Origin: an uncultured virus (IMG/VR IMGVR_UViG_3300009838_000017)
Lineage: Duplodnaviria > Heunggongvirae > Uroviricota > Caudoviricetes
DNA length: 64,000 nt
Virus record (IMG/VR): IMGVR_UViG_3300009838_000017
Location: 1 to 64,000 of that record
Direction: 5' to 3' (one strand)
The first letter of the stretch is position 1; each line of letters opens with the position of its first letter. Below the pieces are notes generated by a model. It had not been told where the DNA came from. It did not search any database and worked only from the letters and a program-made list of their open reading frames with translations. The translations under genes and the position numbers were made by a program. This document shows positions 8,813 to 17,938 of the stretch, one piece after another.

Positions 8813-9223
8813 CTAGCTGACCGAAGCAAGGACCTCGTTGACCTCCAGCTCCTCCTCGTAGGTCAACTCGTTGGGGTCCTCTTCATCGGGGTCGTACCCA
8901 TCCCACCCGCCCCGGTCGTCATCGTCCCGAACGAGGTACCCAGGGTGAAGCCCGTCGTGGATCTCTCGGTGGCACCTACAGCAGACCAGAACGCATTTGT
9001 CCAGCTCTGGCCGGATGGTCTCGAACGCCACCACCCGCTTCGAGATGGTGAAGTCTTTGGTCCTAGGGTCAAAATGATGAAAGTCGAAGGCACTCGGGAA
9101 TCCAGTGTAGCCACAGATGACACACTTGCCCCCCTTGTAGGCGACCGCTTGTTCCCGGAGGGTCTTTCGTCTCTGGTAGGCTTGCTGCCGTTTGACCCAC
9201 TTCTTGTCTAGTTCGGAGACCAC
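8813..9223 (-). CDS. HNH-type endonuclease with acidic tail
   Basis: YKGGKCVICGY...FDFHH.DP...ELDKCVLVCCRCHREIH; probable start GTG 9223. Confidence 0.8.
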   Translation of the reverse strand: MVSELDKKWVKRQQAYQRRKTLREQAVAYKGGKCVICGYTGFPSAFDFHHFDPRTKDFTISKRVVAFETIRPELDKCVLVCCRCHREIHDGLHPGYLVRDDDDRGGWDGYDPDEEDPNELTYEEELEVNEVLASVS

Positions 9224-9270
9224 TCTGACCCGAACGCATAAGAGAATCCTGAGTGGTGTAGGAGACTTCA

Positions 9271-9516
9271 GTGTTGTTCGAGGATGACGGCAGTATCGAG
9301 GCGAGTTGGTACTTTGCCCTGGGAAGGCGGCAACCCCGTCCGCCTCCACCACCTCCGTACCGAGGGCTCCACTGGCAGGCGATCCAGGAGATACAAGCCG
9401 AGGAAGATGCTCGGGTTTTTGCCATTTTGGACGAGATAGCGGGTCCACCTCCGCCTCCTACCCCGCCACCCCCGACCCGGCTGGAAAGAATCGTCACCGA
9501 AAACTTGGCCTGCTGA
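9271..9516 (+). CDS. Proline-rich hypothetical protein
   Basis: 81-aa ORF with AGGAG and TGGTGTA upstream; ends PTRLERIV. Confidence 0.6.
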   Translation: MLFEDDGSIEASWYFALGRRQPRPPPPPPYRGLHWQAIQEIQAEEDARVFAILDEIAGPPPPPTPPPPTRLERIVTENLAC

Positions 9517-9568
9517 AGGGACCCCATGTACCACGGGACCAAGCGGAATTTCCCGCTTGGAGGTCCAC

Positions 9569-9820
9569 ATGAACAACGAGTCCACGCTTCCCCGCCCCAG
9601 GTCCCTCTTTCATGTTATCCAGTCGGGGCCATGGGATCCCGCTACCTTCGGGGTCGTCGAAGTAGAGGTGAGGGATTCCCAGGATGGGCTTGAGGCCATC
9701 ATAGACAGTCGAACCGAGCCCCAGATCCGATTCAAGATCGATGCCTACGAACTGAAGGGGGATGTCCTCTTCCTTCGCACCAATGCTGTCCGGAGGTGGA
9801 TCTTCCGGGCACTCAACTAA
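9569..9820 (+). CDS. Hypothetical protein
   Basis: GGAGG RBS before ATG 9569. Confidence 0.65.
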   Translation: MNNESTLPRPRSLFHVIQSGPWDPATFGVVEVEVRDSQDGLEAIIDSRTEPQIRFKIDAYELKGDVLFLRTNAVRRWIFRALN

Positions 9821-9833
9821 GACAGGATGGGTG

Positions 9834-10022
9834 ATGGACGAACAAGACCTTGAGGACATCCTGGTGATGGCCCTCAAAGAGTTTGCTGAGGCCAATGATC
9901 TATCGATCAAAGCTGTAACGGTGAAAGACAAGGGTTTCGGAACGGAGCCCGGCCTCATCGTCACAGTTGGTGCCGTAGAGTTCCACGTAGCCATCACCCA
10001 AACGGTGTTTGAGGATACATGA
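9834..10022 (+). CDS. Hypothetical protein
   Basis: 62-aa ORF whose stop overlaps the methylase start (ATGA). Confidence 0.6.
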   Translation: MDEQDLEDILVMALKEFAEANDLSIKAVTVKDKGFGTEPGLIVTVGAVEFHVAITQTVFEDT

Positions 10023-10846
10023 CCCAGACCAAAGCCTCCCCCTTCGTGAAGTGGGCAGGTGGCAAGAGGCAACTCCTGGCCTCGATTCGCCGCCGTCTCC
10101 CAGCCCAGATGAACACCTACTACGAGCCCTTCGTGGGGGGAGGGGCGGTCTTCTTCGCTCTTGCCAACCGAGGGGCCTTCAAGCGGGCCGTCCTGAACGA
10201 CATGAACTCGGAGCTGGCTGATACCTACCGAGCCCTCGCTACGGGAAAGGCCCAAGGGGTCATCGACATCCTGAAGACCTACCCCTACGACCGGGACTTC
10301 TTCAACGAGATGAGGACCAGGCTCCCCGCCGACCTCCCCCTGGAGGAGCGGGCAGCCCGGTTCATCTACTTGAACAAGGCTGGGTTCAACGGGCTCTACA
10401 GGGTCAACAAGAGCGGGGGCTTCAATGTCCCCTTCGGCAAGTACACGAACCCCACCATCTGTGACTCTGAGGGGATTCTGGAGGCCGCAAAGGTCCTTCA
10501 GGGGGTCACCATCGAGTGCCAGGACTTCGCCCTCTCGGTGGCTGGTGCCCAACCAGGGGACGTGGTCTACTTCGACCCCCCCTACCTCCCTAAGTCCGAT
10601 ACCGCCAACTTCGTCTCCTACACGGAGGACGGGTTCGGAATCGAGGACCACCAACGGCTGGCCCAACTCTACAAGGACCTGGCTGCCCGAGGAGTGTCCG
10701 TTCTCCTGTCCAATGCTGACGTGTCCACCACCAGGAAGCTCTTCCAGGGCTGCCGAATCGCCCGCATCGAGGCCAAGAGGAGCATCAACAGCGACGGGGA
10801 CAAGCGTGGGATGGTCGGGGAAGTCCTCATCGGAGCCAACCTCTAG
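10019..10846 (+). CDS. dam: Dam-family (D12 class) N6-adenine DNA methyltransferase
   Basis: KWAGGK, YYEPFVGGGAVFF, FNGLYRVN..G.FNVPFG and YFDPPY motifs. Confidence 0.92.
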   Translation: MTQTKASPFVKWAGGKRQLLASIRRRLPAQMNTYYEPFVGGGAVFFALANRGAFKRAVLNDMNSELADTYRALATGKAQGVIDILKTYPYDRDFFNEMRTRLPADLPLEERAARFIYLNKAGFNGLYRVNKSGGFNVPFGKYTNPTICDSEGILEAAKVLQGVTIECQDFALSVAGAQPGDVVYFDPPYLPKSDTANFVSYTEDGFGIEDHQRLAQLYKDLAARGVSVLLSNADVSTTRKLFQGCRIARIEAKRSINSDGDKRGMVGEVLIGANL

Positions 10847-10918
10847 CCCCCGTTCTAGGTGGATTCCCATCCTATGTGGAGGGCATCCCCAAATCCCTCG
10901 CACCGAGATCACAAAAGA

Positions 10919-10954
10919 CCAAGGGCCGGAATGGGACTACCACCCGGCCCTTGG
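10919..10954. terminator. Bidirectional terminator between convergent genes
   Basis: CCAAGGGCCGG/CCGGCCCTTGG 11-bp stem with T-rich tracts on both strands. Confidence 0.7.
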
Positions 10955-10972
10955 AATTTTCCCCTATCACGC

Positions 10973-12145
10973 CTACGGCGTATACGCTTTGACGAGATTG
11001 AGGAGGTAGATGTATGGGTTGGGATCCTCCGGCTTCACGTTGAAGCTGAACCCTGCTGCCTTGGTGTGTCCGCCACCCCCGTGGGCCTTGGCGAATGCAC
11101 CCACATCGAACCCGTTACGAGTCCGGCAAGAGACTGCGATCTTGGGTCCAACAGCGTTCCCAGCCCCAGGCCAGTTGACCAGGTCATCGTCCTTCTCTGA
11201 GAAGTAGCTGAACCCGAGGATCAAGTCAACGTTGCCCGTGGACATCTCAGCCACGTCACTTGTGGCCGAGACACCCTGGTGGATGAGCACCTTGAGCCCA
11301 TTGGGAGTGGTACCCTTGTAGGCACCCTCCAGAACCTTGGCCGTCTTCCGATCCTGCTTCTCGACCAGGAAGTGGCCCATGCTCATTCGGATATTCCACT
11401 CCACTTCTTCCCCGTTGTTCGGGAAGATGGGGGTCTTCAGCCAGGTGTCCTTGGAGAAGAACTGAAGAGCCTCATGTGCCTCACGGGCAGCGTGCCATAG
11501 CTCGGACTGAGTCTGCCAGGTGTCCCGAGTGCTGATCAACCTGGCGAACCTCTCCACCGTATTGGAGAAGGTCCCCTTGGTCACAAGGTTCTCGATGAAC
11601 TGGTTGAGTTGGACCACCTCGGGGTTCTGGTCGATTGACTGAACGGAGGGCTTCTCGCCAAGGCTCTTGAGTAGCTGGTCAGAAACAGAAGCCTTCAACT
11701 GTGAAAGCTGTAGCTGATACTGCTCGAAGGCCAAACGAGCACCACCATTCAGGTAGCTCTGGGGATCCGACTTCACGAGGGGAAGCCACACCTCTTGGTA
11801 GGCCAAGAGTGCTCCAGCGACCCCAGGATTGGTGGTCTCATCGGCAAAGACCCCGTTGGCACCGAACGCCTCGACCACGTCCTTCTGGTACTTGTGGTGG
11901 TCCAGAACGATGGCCCCAGCGTCGATGAACTCCTGGACTCGCTCCACATAGGGGCTGAAGTCGCAGAAGATCATCCCAGGGATGGCTGAAAGCTCCTTGT
12001 GAGCTGCCGAGTTGTAAGAGAGGAACACCACGTTGGCGCCAGGAAGAACGCTCTTCAGGATCATGGCCGACGCCAGACCATCAGAGCAGTTCTCATGTGT
12101 CACGATGGTTCTGATGGTTTGTAGCTTATCAGCATCGAGGGTCAT
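10973..12145 (-). CDS. DHH/DHHA1 phosphoesterase (NrnB-like)
   Basis: THENCSDG, DFS, LDHH and C-terminal GGGHTKAAG motifs. Confidence 0.88.
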   Translation of the reverse strand: MTLDADKLQTIRTIVTHENCSDGLASAMILKSVLPGANVVFLSYNSAAHKELSAIPGMIFCDFSPYVERVQEFIDAGAIVLDHHKYQKDVVEAFGANGVFADETTNPGVAGALLAYQEVWLPLVKSDPQSYLNGGARLAFEQYQLQLSQLKASVSDQLLKSLGEKPSVQSIDQNPEVVQLNQFIENLVTKGTFSNTVERFARLISTRDTWQTQSELWHAAREAHEALQFFSKDTWLKTPIFPNNGEEVEWNIRMSMGHFLVEKQDRKTAKVLEGAYKGTTPNGLKVLIHQGVSATSDVAEMSTGNVDLILGFSYFSEKDDDLVNWPGAGNAVGPKIAVSCRTRNGFDVGAFAKAHGGGGHTKAAGFSFNVKPEDPNPYIYLLNLVKAYTP

Positions 12146-12150
12146 CGGTG

Positions 12151-12639
12151 TTAACCTTCCTTGCGCTCAAGAGCGTCCTTCTTCTCTCGGATGCTATCTA
12201 TCAAAACATTCCTAAGCGTTTGAGAGACCACCCGATCACGCTCTGGTTTGGTTTCAGCGTACCACTTGTTCAGCTCGTCCCTACTGACGATCCGCCCGAG
12301 TTCGCCCAGGAGCTTCTTTTGAATGTCATACTCCTGGAACTGGTTCGGGGGTTGGACGAACGGGTTCGAGGCGGTACCCCTGCTCTCTTCTGGTATTTCC
12401 TCGAACTTCTTGCTCAGCTCGGTAGAGGTTCGGACGGCCCCAATGGCCTTCTCGAAGGCATCCCTTGCGTCTGCTTCTCGGTTCCGGTCCCCAGAGAAGA
12501 TCGAGTCACACAGAAGTCGGAAGGAGTCAAAGGCCAGCATGAAGCTGGTGAACTGGGCCTGGGTTTTCATCCCCGGCATCGACTGCCGGAGGGCCTCTGC
12601 CATCATCTGGGCAGCTTCAGGGGGCATTGGTTGGGTCAT
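12151..12639 (-). CDS. Hypothetical helical protein
   Basis: 162-aa ORF in a tight minus-strand operon. Confidence 0.7.
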   Translation of the reverse strand: MTQPMPPEAAQMMAEALRQSMPGMKTQAQFTSFMLAFDSFRLLCDSIFSGDRNREADARDAFEKAIGAVRTSTELSKKFEEIPEESRGTASNPFVQPPNQFQEYDIQKKLLGELGRIVSRDELNKWYAETKPERDRVVSQTLRNVLIDSIREKKDALERKEG

Positions 12640-12646
12640 GGGTCTC

Positions 12647-12949
12647 TCACGAGCGAGGCTTAGGAGTCACAGCCAGGACCTTGTTCCCATACCGCTCCGC
12701 AATGGCCTCAGCATCCTGTACCGATACACCAGCAGAGCGGGCCTTGAACTGGACGATCCCCTTCATCAGGGGAATCGCCGTCTCTGGCTTGGAGAGCAGC
12801 CTAATACAAGCCCGACAGAAGGGGTACTTGTCGAGGGGCTTCTCCTCACCCATCTTCCGCATGGCTGCCTTCTCCTTGGTAGTCGGTGAGAAGATGGTCA
12901 TCGCCTCCTCATCACGCTCTCGACCACATACAGAACATGTGAGTTTCAT
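12647..12949 (-). CDS. Small zinc-binding hypothetical protein
   Basis: CSVC...CRAC. Confidence 0.7.
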   Translation of the reverse strand: MKLTCSVCGRERDEEAMTIFSPTTKEKAAMRKMGEEKPLDKYPFCRACIRLLSKPETAIPLMKGIVQFKARSAGVSVQDAEAIAERYGNKVLAVTPKPRS

Positions 12950-13590
12950 CCCTTTTCCCCGTATTCCTTGAGGAGAATGGAGTCGATGGTGTCTAGATCC
13001 ACCTCCCCCAAGCAGACCCTCTCAGCCAGTAGCAAGGCTGACCCGATGGGCATCGTCATCATCTGGAGGTTGTGCTTTCGCAGAATCTTCTCCTGCTCCA
13101 GGTGGAAAGGATCCGCTATGTCGTCACGAGGAATGATCTGGGTGGAGTCGCCAAGTCGATGAGGGTGACAGTAGTATGGGTCTGAGATGGCGTAGTAAGC
13201 TCGACAGATCAGTGGCCTTGCGAGGTAGGCCATACAGCGCTTCTTCTCGTTCAAGAGGGGGCATGGGATCATCGAGAGGAGCCACATCTCGTAGGTCGTC
13301 CCGAACTGCTTGTCCGCTGTGGACCTCAACCTCTCCTTGAGTCCGAGGGTCCACTTTCGATGCTTCAGGAGCCACCGGTAGATGAGGATTCCCTCAAGGA
13401 TCGAGATGGCTATTGGGTGGTAACAGCACCAAGCACATCCAGTGCTACAGGTGACCCTAGCCCCGTGCTTGGGGATCTCATCCTGGATTCTTCGCTCGAA
13501 GCTCGAAGCCATATCGTGCCGAAGAACTTCGACCTTTCCGACCGAGTTCTCGACCACTATGGGGAGCTTGCGCTTAGTCGTCATCGTCAT
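12946..13590 (-). CDS. YkgJ-family (CxxCxxCC) cysteine-cluster protein
   Basis: CSTGCAWCC...CPLL...CMAY..RPLICRAY. Confidence 0.85.
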   Translation of the reverse strand: MTMTTKRKLPIVVENSVGKVEVLRHDMASSFERRIQDEIPKHGARVTCSTGCAWCCYHPIAISILEGILIYRWLLKHRKWTLGLKERLRSTADKQFGTTYEMWLLSMIPCPLLNEKKRCMAYLARPLICRAYYAISDPYYCHPHRLGDSTQIIPRDDIADPFHLEQEKILRKHNLQMMTMPIGSALLLAERVCLGEVDLDTIDSILLKEYGEKG

Positions 13591-14128
13591 TGAAGAGTCT
13601 GGTGAATCGGTTCTGTTCGGATGGCCTTGCGGCTGGCGCCCTGGCCTTGGAAACTGCCACCCGGTGAGCCACCGTGCCGAACGTCTTGGGCACGACGATC
13701 CGGATCAAGGACCCACTTCTATGGGTTGCCAACAAGAGCATACCGGGAAGGAGTCGGACCTCGGGTCGAACGAAGAAGGACCCGCCCTCTCTGGCAAAGT
13801 CGCTCGGGACCCAATCCACCCAAGGTTCCAGAACCCTCTCAGAGTCCCTGCCAGGGGGTCCAGGGACAACCAACCTGACGAAAGGACCCGCCCCGCTCTT
13901 GAAGGGAGCAGTCAGCATCGGCCATTGCTTCGGAGGGTTGGCAACAACCCCCAGCTCAGCCGTGTGGGTCCGGTCGAACTCCCGAGGAAGCTCTATCTTC
14001 GACCCATCCAGGCTGTAGAGTGTCATCAGGCGAGCTACCCGGTCGTAGCTCGTGACCAGCCACCGCTTGTCTTGGTACTGAACCAGATCGCCAAGCTCCA
14101 TCAGTTGTTCCCTTGGAGGATGCAACAC
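13574..14128 (-). CDS. Hypothetical protein (start may be 14101)
   Basis: ORF in operon; ends NRFTRLFNDDDD. Confidence 0.65.
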   Translation of the reverse strand: MLHPPREQLMELGDLVQYQDKRWLVTSYDRVARLMTLYSLDGSKIELPREFDRTHTAELGVVANPPKQWPMLTAPFKSGAGPFVRLVVPGPPGRDSERVLEPWVDWVPSDFAREGGSFFVRPEVRLLPGMLLLATHRSGSLIRIVVPKTFGTVAHRVAVSKARAPAARPSEQNRFTRLFNDDDD

Positions 14129-14454
14129 CGGCCAGAAGCGAGGAAGTCAGCTAAGATGCTGTCCACCTCCGGAACCCTCTCAGTAAGGGCTCGAACCACC
14201 CCCAACCGAGCCTCCTTGCACCCCTGCTGGACCAGGAAGTCAAGCTCCTCCTTGGACCCACCCTGGGACATCCATTGCTGGAGCACCTCCGTCCACTCCC
14301 CCTGAGCACCGATCAGGAAGTCCTGCTCTACTGTGAGAAAGGGTTCCCAGTAGTCACCTGCCCCCTCGGAACTCTTCCGCTCATAGACAAAGAGCCTCAT
14401 TTGGGACTTCAGGAGTCGGGTAACCGCCAAGAGTGTTCGGTGGCTTGAGGTCAC
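14101..14454 (-). CDS. Hypothetical protein
   Basis: 117-aa ORF preceded by TGGTGTA (14463-14469). Confidence 0.6.
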   Translation of the reverse strand: MTSSHRTLLAVTRLLKSQMRLFVYERKSSEGAGDYWEPFLTVEQDFLIGAQGEWTEVLQQWMSQGGSKEELDFLVQQGCKEARLGVVRALTERVPEVDSILADFLASGRCCILQGNN

Positions 14455-14470
14455 GATGATAATACACCAG

Positions 14471-14516
14471 AAAAAATCAGGGGTGTCGGGTAGTTACCCA
14501 ACACCCCTGATTTTCT
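14471..14516. terminator. Strong Rho-independent terminator
   Basis: AAAATCAGGGGTGT...ACACCCCTGATTTT inverted repeat with T tracts, just after the histone-like gene. Confidence 0.85.
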
Positions 14517-14527
14517 CCTTGGTCGGA

Positions 14528-15403
14528 TCAGGAGAAGGACCCAACTCCGTGACTGCTGAGGATCGAGTCAACGATTGCCTCGGGGGACTCGGGGTCGAGG
14601 GGGTCAACCACCACAGGGGCAGCCTTCTTGGGCTCGGCCTTCTTGGCCTCCACCTTGGGGGCCTCCACCTTGGGCTCAGCCTTCTTGGGCTCAGCCTTCT
14701 TGGCCTCCACCTTGGGCTCAGCCTTCTTGGGCTCAGCCTTGGGGACCTCTGCTACCACTGGTTCAGGGGCAACCACAGCGGCCTTGGGGGCCGGGACAGA
14801 CTCTTCCTTCGGTTCGTCGTGGGTCTTCTTCCCGGAAGCGTAGGGGTTCGACGGATCGAGGTAGTAGTGACCTCGGTCGCCCTCGACACGGAGGAACAGG
14901 TTCTTGTTGGCAGACAGGGTGTAGCGGATGTAACCAAGCGGGTCATCCGAGTTGGGCAGCCAATGCCGTCGCTTCAGCTCAGCATGGATCTCTGCCCCCG
15001 TTGCAGTGGACTTGCCCATCACGATCTGGATGGCTTCGATGAGCCTGGGGACCGACTTGGAGGCGGACTTCCTTCCACCTTTGACCTTGGGTGAAGCCTT
15101 CGCCTTGGGGGCGCTCTTGGCCTTCTTCTTGGCCTTCGCCTTTGGCTTTGACTTGGCCTTGGGGGTGCTCTTGGCCTTGGGGGCGCTCTTGGCCTTGGTG
15201 GGAGCTGCTGCCAACTTGACCTCAGGGAGAGACGCTACGGTCTCATCCATACCAAGAGCAGCCCTGAGCTTCTTGATCTGCTCTGCTGTCTCATTGTAGC
15301 CAGCAATAGCTTCCTCATGCTTGGCAGCCCAGTCAGCCAACTCGGCTTCCTTCGCCGTGAGCAACTGCTCCGCAAGGAGGTCGCTCTTGGATCTCTCTTT
15401 CAT
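14528..15403 (-). CDS. Histone H1-like Lys/Ala/Pro-rich protein with central winged-helix (HARE-HTH-like) domain
   Basis: N-terminal coiled coil; AKSAPK repeats; LIEAIQIVM..EIHAEL..YIRYTLS..F.RV..GHYYL wHTH; KAEPK repeats. Confidence 0.7.
   Translation of the reverse strand: MKERSKSDLLAEQLLTAKEAELADWAAKHEEAIAGYNETAEQIKKLRAALGMDETVASLPEVKLAAAPTKAKSAPKAKSTPKAKSKPKAKAKKKAKSAPKAKASPKVKGGRKSASKSVPRLIEAIQIVMGKSTATGAEIHAELKRRHWLPNSDDPLGYIRYTLSANKNLFLRVEGDRGHYYLDPSNPYASGKKTHDEPKEESVPAPKAAVVAPEPVVAEVPKAEPKKAEPKVEAKKAEPKKAEPKVEAPKVEAKKAEPKKAAPVVVDPLDPESPEAIVDSILSSHGVGSFS
14621..14744 (-). repeat. Coding tandem repeats (KKAEP/KVEA units)
   Basis: Repeated GCCTTCTTGGGCTCA and CCTCCACCTTGGG units. Confidence 0.85.
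15081..15198 (-). repeat. Coding 18-nt imperfect repeats (AKSAPK)
   Basis: Repeated CTTGGCCTTGGGGGCGCT-like units. Confidence 0.8.
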
Positions 15404-15443
15404 CTGTGTTGGTCCTTTCTCATCTGGTAGGCTCTAGCCTCAG

Positions 15444-15471
15444 TACACCGGGTACGGTACCGGTCATTCAA
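15444..15471 (-). promoter_or_regulatory. TTGAAT-N15-CGGTGTA promoter element
   Basis: Bipartite motif upstream of the histone-like gene. Confidence 0.65.
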
Positions 15472-15521
15472 TTTAGAAGGGTCGGAGGTATGATGTGGTG
15501 TCATCGGAATTTAGTCAACTT

Positions 15522-15818
15522 CTACTTGGAGGTCAACTTGTCGATGACACGGGCCTGATGTGGATCTTCGTCCCCCTCCTTGATGTTCTTGAAGTCACAC
15601 CGCTGAATCTGGAAACAAGTGGCAGTGACACCTGGCCCTGCCTTGAGTCCCTCGCAGTTCTGACAGATACCCGTCCCGAAGTTCAGCTTGAATCTCACTT
15701 TCGAGGCTTCGGCCAGTGCTTCTCGATAGGCTACCTGTAGTTCAAGGGCTGCTGAGTAGGCTCGCTCAAAGTTACCATCGAGAAAAGCCTGAAGAAGTAC
15801 CTCTGAGGGGTCACTCAA
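15522..15818 (-). CDS. Hypothetical protein with Cys cluster
   Basis: TTG start coupled to the upstream stop; CQNC...C....C. Confidence 0.55.
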   Translation of the reverse strand: MSDPSEVLLQAFLDGNFERAYSAALELQVAYREALAEASKVRFKLNFGTGICQNCEGLKAGPGVTATCFQIQRCDFKNIKEGDEDPHQARVIDKLTSK

Positions 15819-16036
15819 CCTGGGAACTCTCGCTCCAGGTCCCGCTCGGAGATGATCCCGTACCTCCGGAGAATTGACTCCGACTTCCCCTCTCGGATGG
15901 CCTTCCGAAGACCTTCCAAACGTGGGTCCCCCTTGGCTTCGGCCCGCTTGATGGCCTTCGACAGGAGGGCGTCCCAAGCCAGAGGACCTATCGGAGCTAT
16001 CTGCTTGGTCGGCTCGTGAGTTCTTGAGGTCTTCAT
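15815..16036 (-). CDS. Hypothetical protein
   Basis: 73 aa, translationally coupled (ATGA). Confidence 0.65.
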   Translation of the reverse strand: MKTSRTHEPTKQIAPIGPLAWDALLSKAIKRAEAKGDPRLEGLRKAIREGKSESILRRYGIISERDLEREFPG

Positions 16037-16425
16037 CCTGGTTCATCTGCCTTGGTCGGGGTGAGTTGGGCTTCAAGGGCTTCCAGCTCGGATGGAATCA
16101 GAGAGCCTTCAGTGAAGAACTGCTTGAAGTAGTAGAGTATTCGGAGAACCGTCTTCCGGTGAAGCTCTTGCTGGGCCTCCATGGAAGTAAGGCGTTCCTG
16201 GACAGACTCTACCGCCGCTTGGGCGGTTTTCAAGGTCTCGATGATCTCGTCAAGACCTGCATACCCCTCGGCAAGCTCCTGCATCCGCTCTGAGGCTTCC
16301 ACGAACCTGTCGATCTTCGAGGCCAGGTCTCCTACCTGAGCCAGCCCCTCAAGGGCCTTGGCTGGGTTAGGTACCTGACCCCCGCCCCCTGCCCTCCGGA
16401 GCTTGCGTGCCGGGCTACTGCTCAT
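16033..16425 (-). CDS. Coiled-coil hypothetical protein
   Basis: 130 aa, coupled (ATGA). Confidence 0.7.
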   Translation of the reverse strand: MSSSPARKLRRAGGGGQVPNPAKALEGLAQVGDLASKIDRFVEASERMQELAEGYAGLDEIIETLKTAQAAVESVQERLTSMEAQQELHRKTVLRILYYFKQFFTEGSLIPSELEALEAQLTPTKADEPG

Positions 16426-16760
16426 CGGTCCCCGCAGTTCCCACGAAACAGGTTGTAGAACGGGAGGCAGTCACCTTGATTCAGCCTCCGTTGCTGCTCA
16501 TCGTCTTCCTGGACGGTGGGCAGCAACGGAACATCCCGAAGAAGTTCGTGTAGTTCTTCGCAGGTCGTGACCCTAGCCAGGTCCGTCCTGGCCTTGGGGT
16601 TCCTCTGGATCGTGTAGATGACCTGGTCCTTGGTCATGGTGTCGAGAAGGCACACGCCTTCCCCGAACCATTCGTTGTTCGAGGTGTCCCCATCACAGAG
16701 GGTGGGCTCGAAGCCGATGCCATGGGGCTGCTCATCACAGGGATCATTCGGGTCGCTCAT
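16422..16760 (-). CDS. Hypothetical protein
   Basis: ATG 16760 overlaps the upstream stop. Confidence 0.6.
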   Translation of the reverse strand: MSDPNDPCDEQPHGIGFEPTLCDGDTSNNEWFGEGVCLLDTMTKDQVIYTIQRNPKARTDLARVTTCEELHELLRDVPLLPTVQEDDEQQRRLNQGDCLPFYNLFRGNCGDR

Positions 16761-17029
16761 GGTTTCCTCAGCCACTCGGCTTTGAAGTAGGTGGGGGACT
16801 CTCCGAGGGTGAGGCGTCCATAGAGGATCCCACCCTTTCTTTTCAGGCTGAACACCGGCTCGAATCCAGGAGACCCTAGGACCGCCTCCTTGGCCTTGGC
16901 AACGAAGTCCTCAAGAGAATAGGTCTCGATGGCACCCTGGACCTCCTCAGCGGTAACACCCTCTGAGTCTTCTTCGAGGTCAATCCCCAGGTCTTCTGGG
17001 GTCAGGAATGGGGCAGGCTTGAAGTTCAT
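16757..17029 (-). CDS. Hypothetical acidic protein
   Basis: 90 aa, coupled (ATGA). Confidence 0.65.
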   Translation of the reverse strand: MNFKPAPFLTPEDLGIDLEEDSEGVTAEEVQGAIETYSLEDFVAKAKEAVLGSPGFEPVFSLKRKGGILYGRLTLGESPTYFKAEWLRKP

Positions 17030-17880
17030 GAAACCACGGGGAGGCTTTGGGTTGTATTCCTACGCTTCGGACTCAGGCTCTTGTCGGCAGCGTAGCAGTA
17101 GGAGCACCCCATCGTACACGTTTCGTTGATCGTGAAGGGGTCCACCATGAGTACGCACCCACAACCCTCTGAGGGGGGCTTCTGAAGTCCCTGCATCGAA
17201 AAGTCCTCGGGAGGAGCACAGACCCCGGACCCGAGGTTCGGGTGCAGCTCAGGGTGACCCAAGAGGAACCGGTCTTCGTTGCAAAGAAGGACTCGAACCC
17301 CACGACGCTCCGCCCGTTCGGCAATCTGGACCAGCACGTTGATCCGCTCCTGGTCGGTCCTGGTCTCGGGCATCAGGTCGTTGTCTTGAAGGAACGAGAG
17401 GTAGACCCGCTGAAGACCGTGGTAGGCCGCCATCGCCAGGATGGTGTCGAACCTCTCTACCACGTCCGTGACCATCGGAACCGGAGAGAACCTCCAGAAG
17501 ACGTTCTCCGGCTTGAAGACCGAGGCCGCCATCCCGAGGGTGTTGGCTCCCGCCCGAAGACTGGGCGCCCCCTTCTCTACTTCTTCCCAGCCGGTCACCG
17601 TGATGTGGACCTTGACCTTGTAGCCACGATCTTGGGGGTTCTCGAAGATGAGGTTGGTCGGGTCCTTCGTCCAGAATACCAGCCCGAGGGTATCATCCGG
17701 CCGAAGCGACCAGTGGGCTGGGACCCCGGTGGAGGGATCGAACCCGATCATCCGACCCTCTTTCAGGGCCTCTTTGAACCAGGCCCACTTGGCTACCGGC
17801 ACATCTGTCCAGCGGGAAAGCGAATACGGAAATCCTGCTTCCTTGCCACTTCGGATCGCTCTAGGGGGTCGCACGATCAT
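17026..17880 (-). CDS. DUF1848-family radical-SAM-like protein
   Basis: SRWTDVP, FWTKDP, WRFSP and C-terminal CGC...CTMGCSYCYA; start revised to ATG 17880, just after CGGTGTA. Confidence 0.8.
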   Translation of the reverse strand: MIVRPPRAIRSGKEAGFPYSLSRWTDVPVAKWAWFKEALKEGRMIGFDPSTGVPAHWSLRPDDTLGLVFWTKDPTNLIFENPQDRGYKVKVHITVTGWEEVEKGAPSLRAGANTLGMAASVFKPENVFWRFSPVPMVTDVVERFDTILAMAAYHGLQRVYLSFLQDNDLMPETRTDQERINVLVQIAERAERRGVRVLLCNEDRFLLGHPELHPNLGSGVCAPPEDFSMQGLQKPPSEGCGCVLMVDPFTINETCTMGCSYCYAADKSLSPKRRNTTQSLPVVS

Positions 17881-17905
17881 CTTTACACCGTCGGTCGGTT
17901 TCAAG

Positions 17906-17933
17906 TTGAAAAAATCGTGGCTGAGACGTTGTA
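17906..17933 (+). promoter_or_regulatory. TTGAAA-N15-CGTTGTA promoter element, back-to-back with the minus-strand CGGTGTA at 17884-17890
   Basis: Conserved spacing; ATG 5 nt downstream. Confidence 0.7.
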
Positions 17934-17938
17934 CCATC

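Noticed and set aside
8813..10846. HNH plus Dam as a restriction-modification pair
   Set aside because: Divergent, separated by three ORFs, and both are common stand-alone phage genes.
14621..15198. Repeats as a possible CRISPR array
   Set aside because: In-frame coding repeats without unique spacers; no cas genes.
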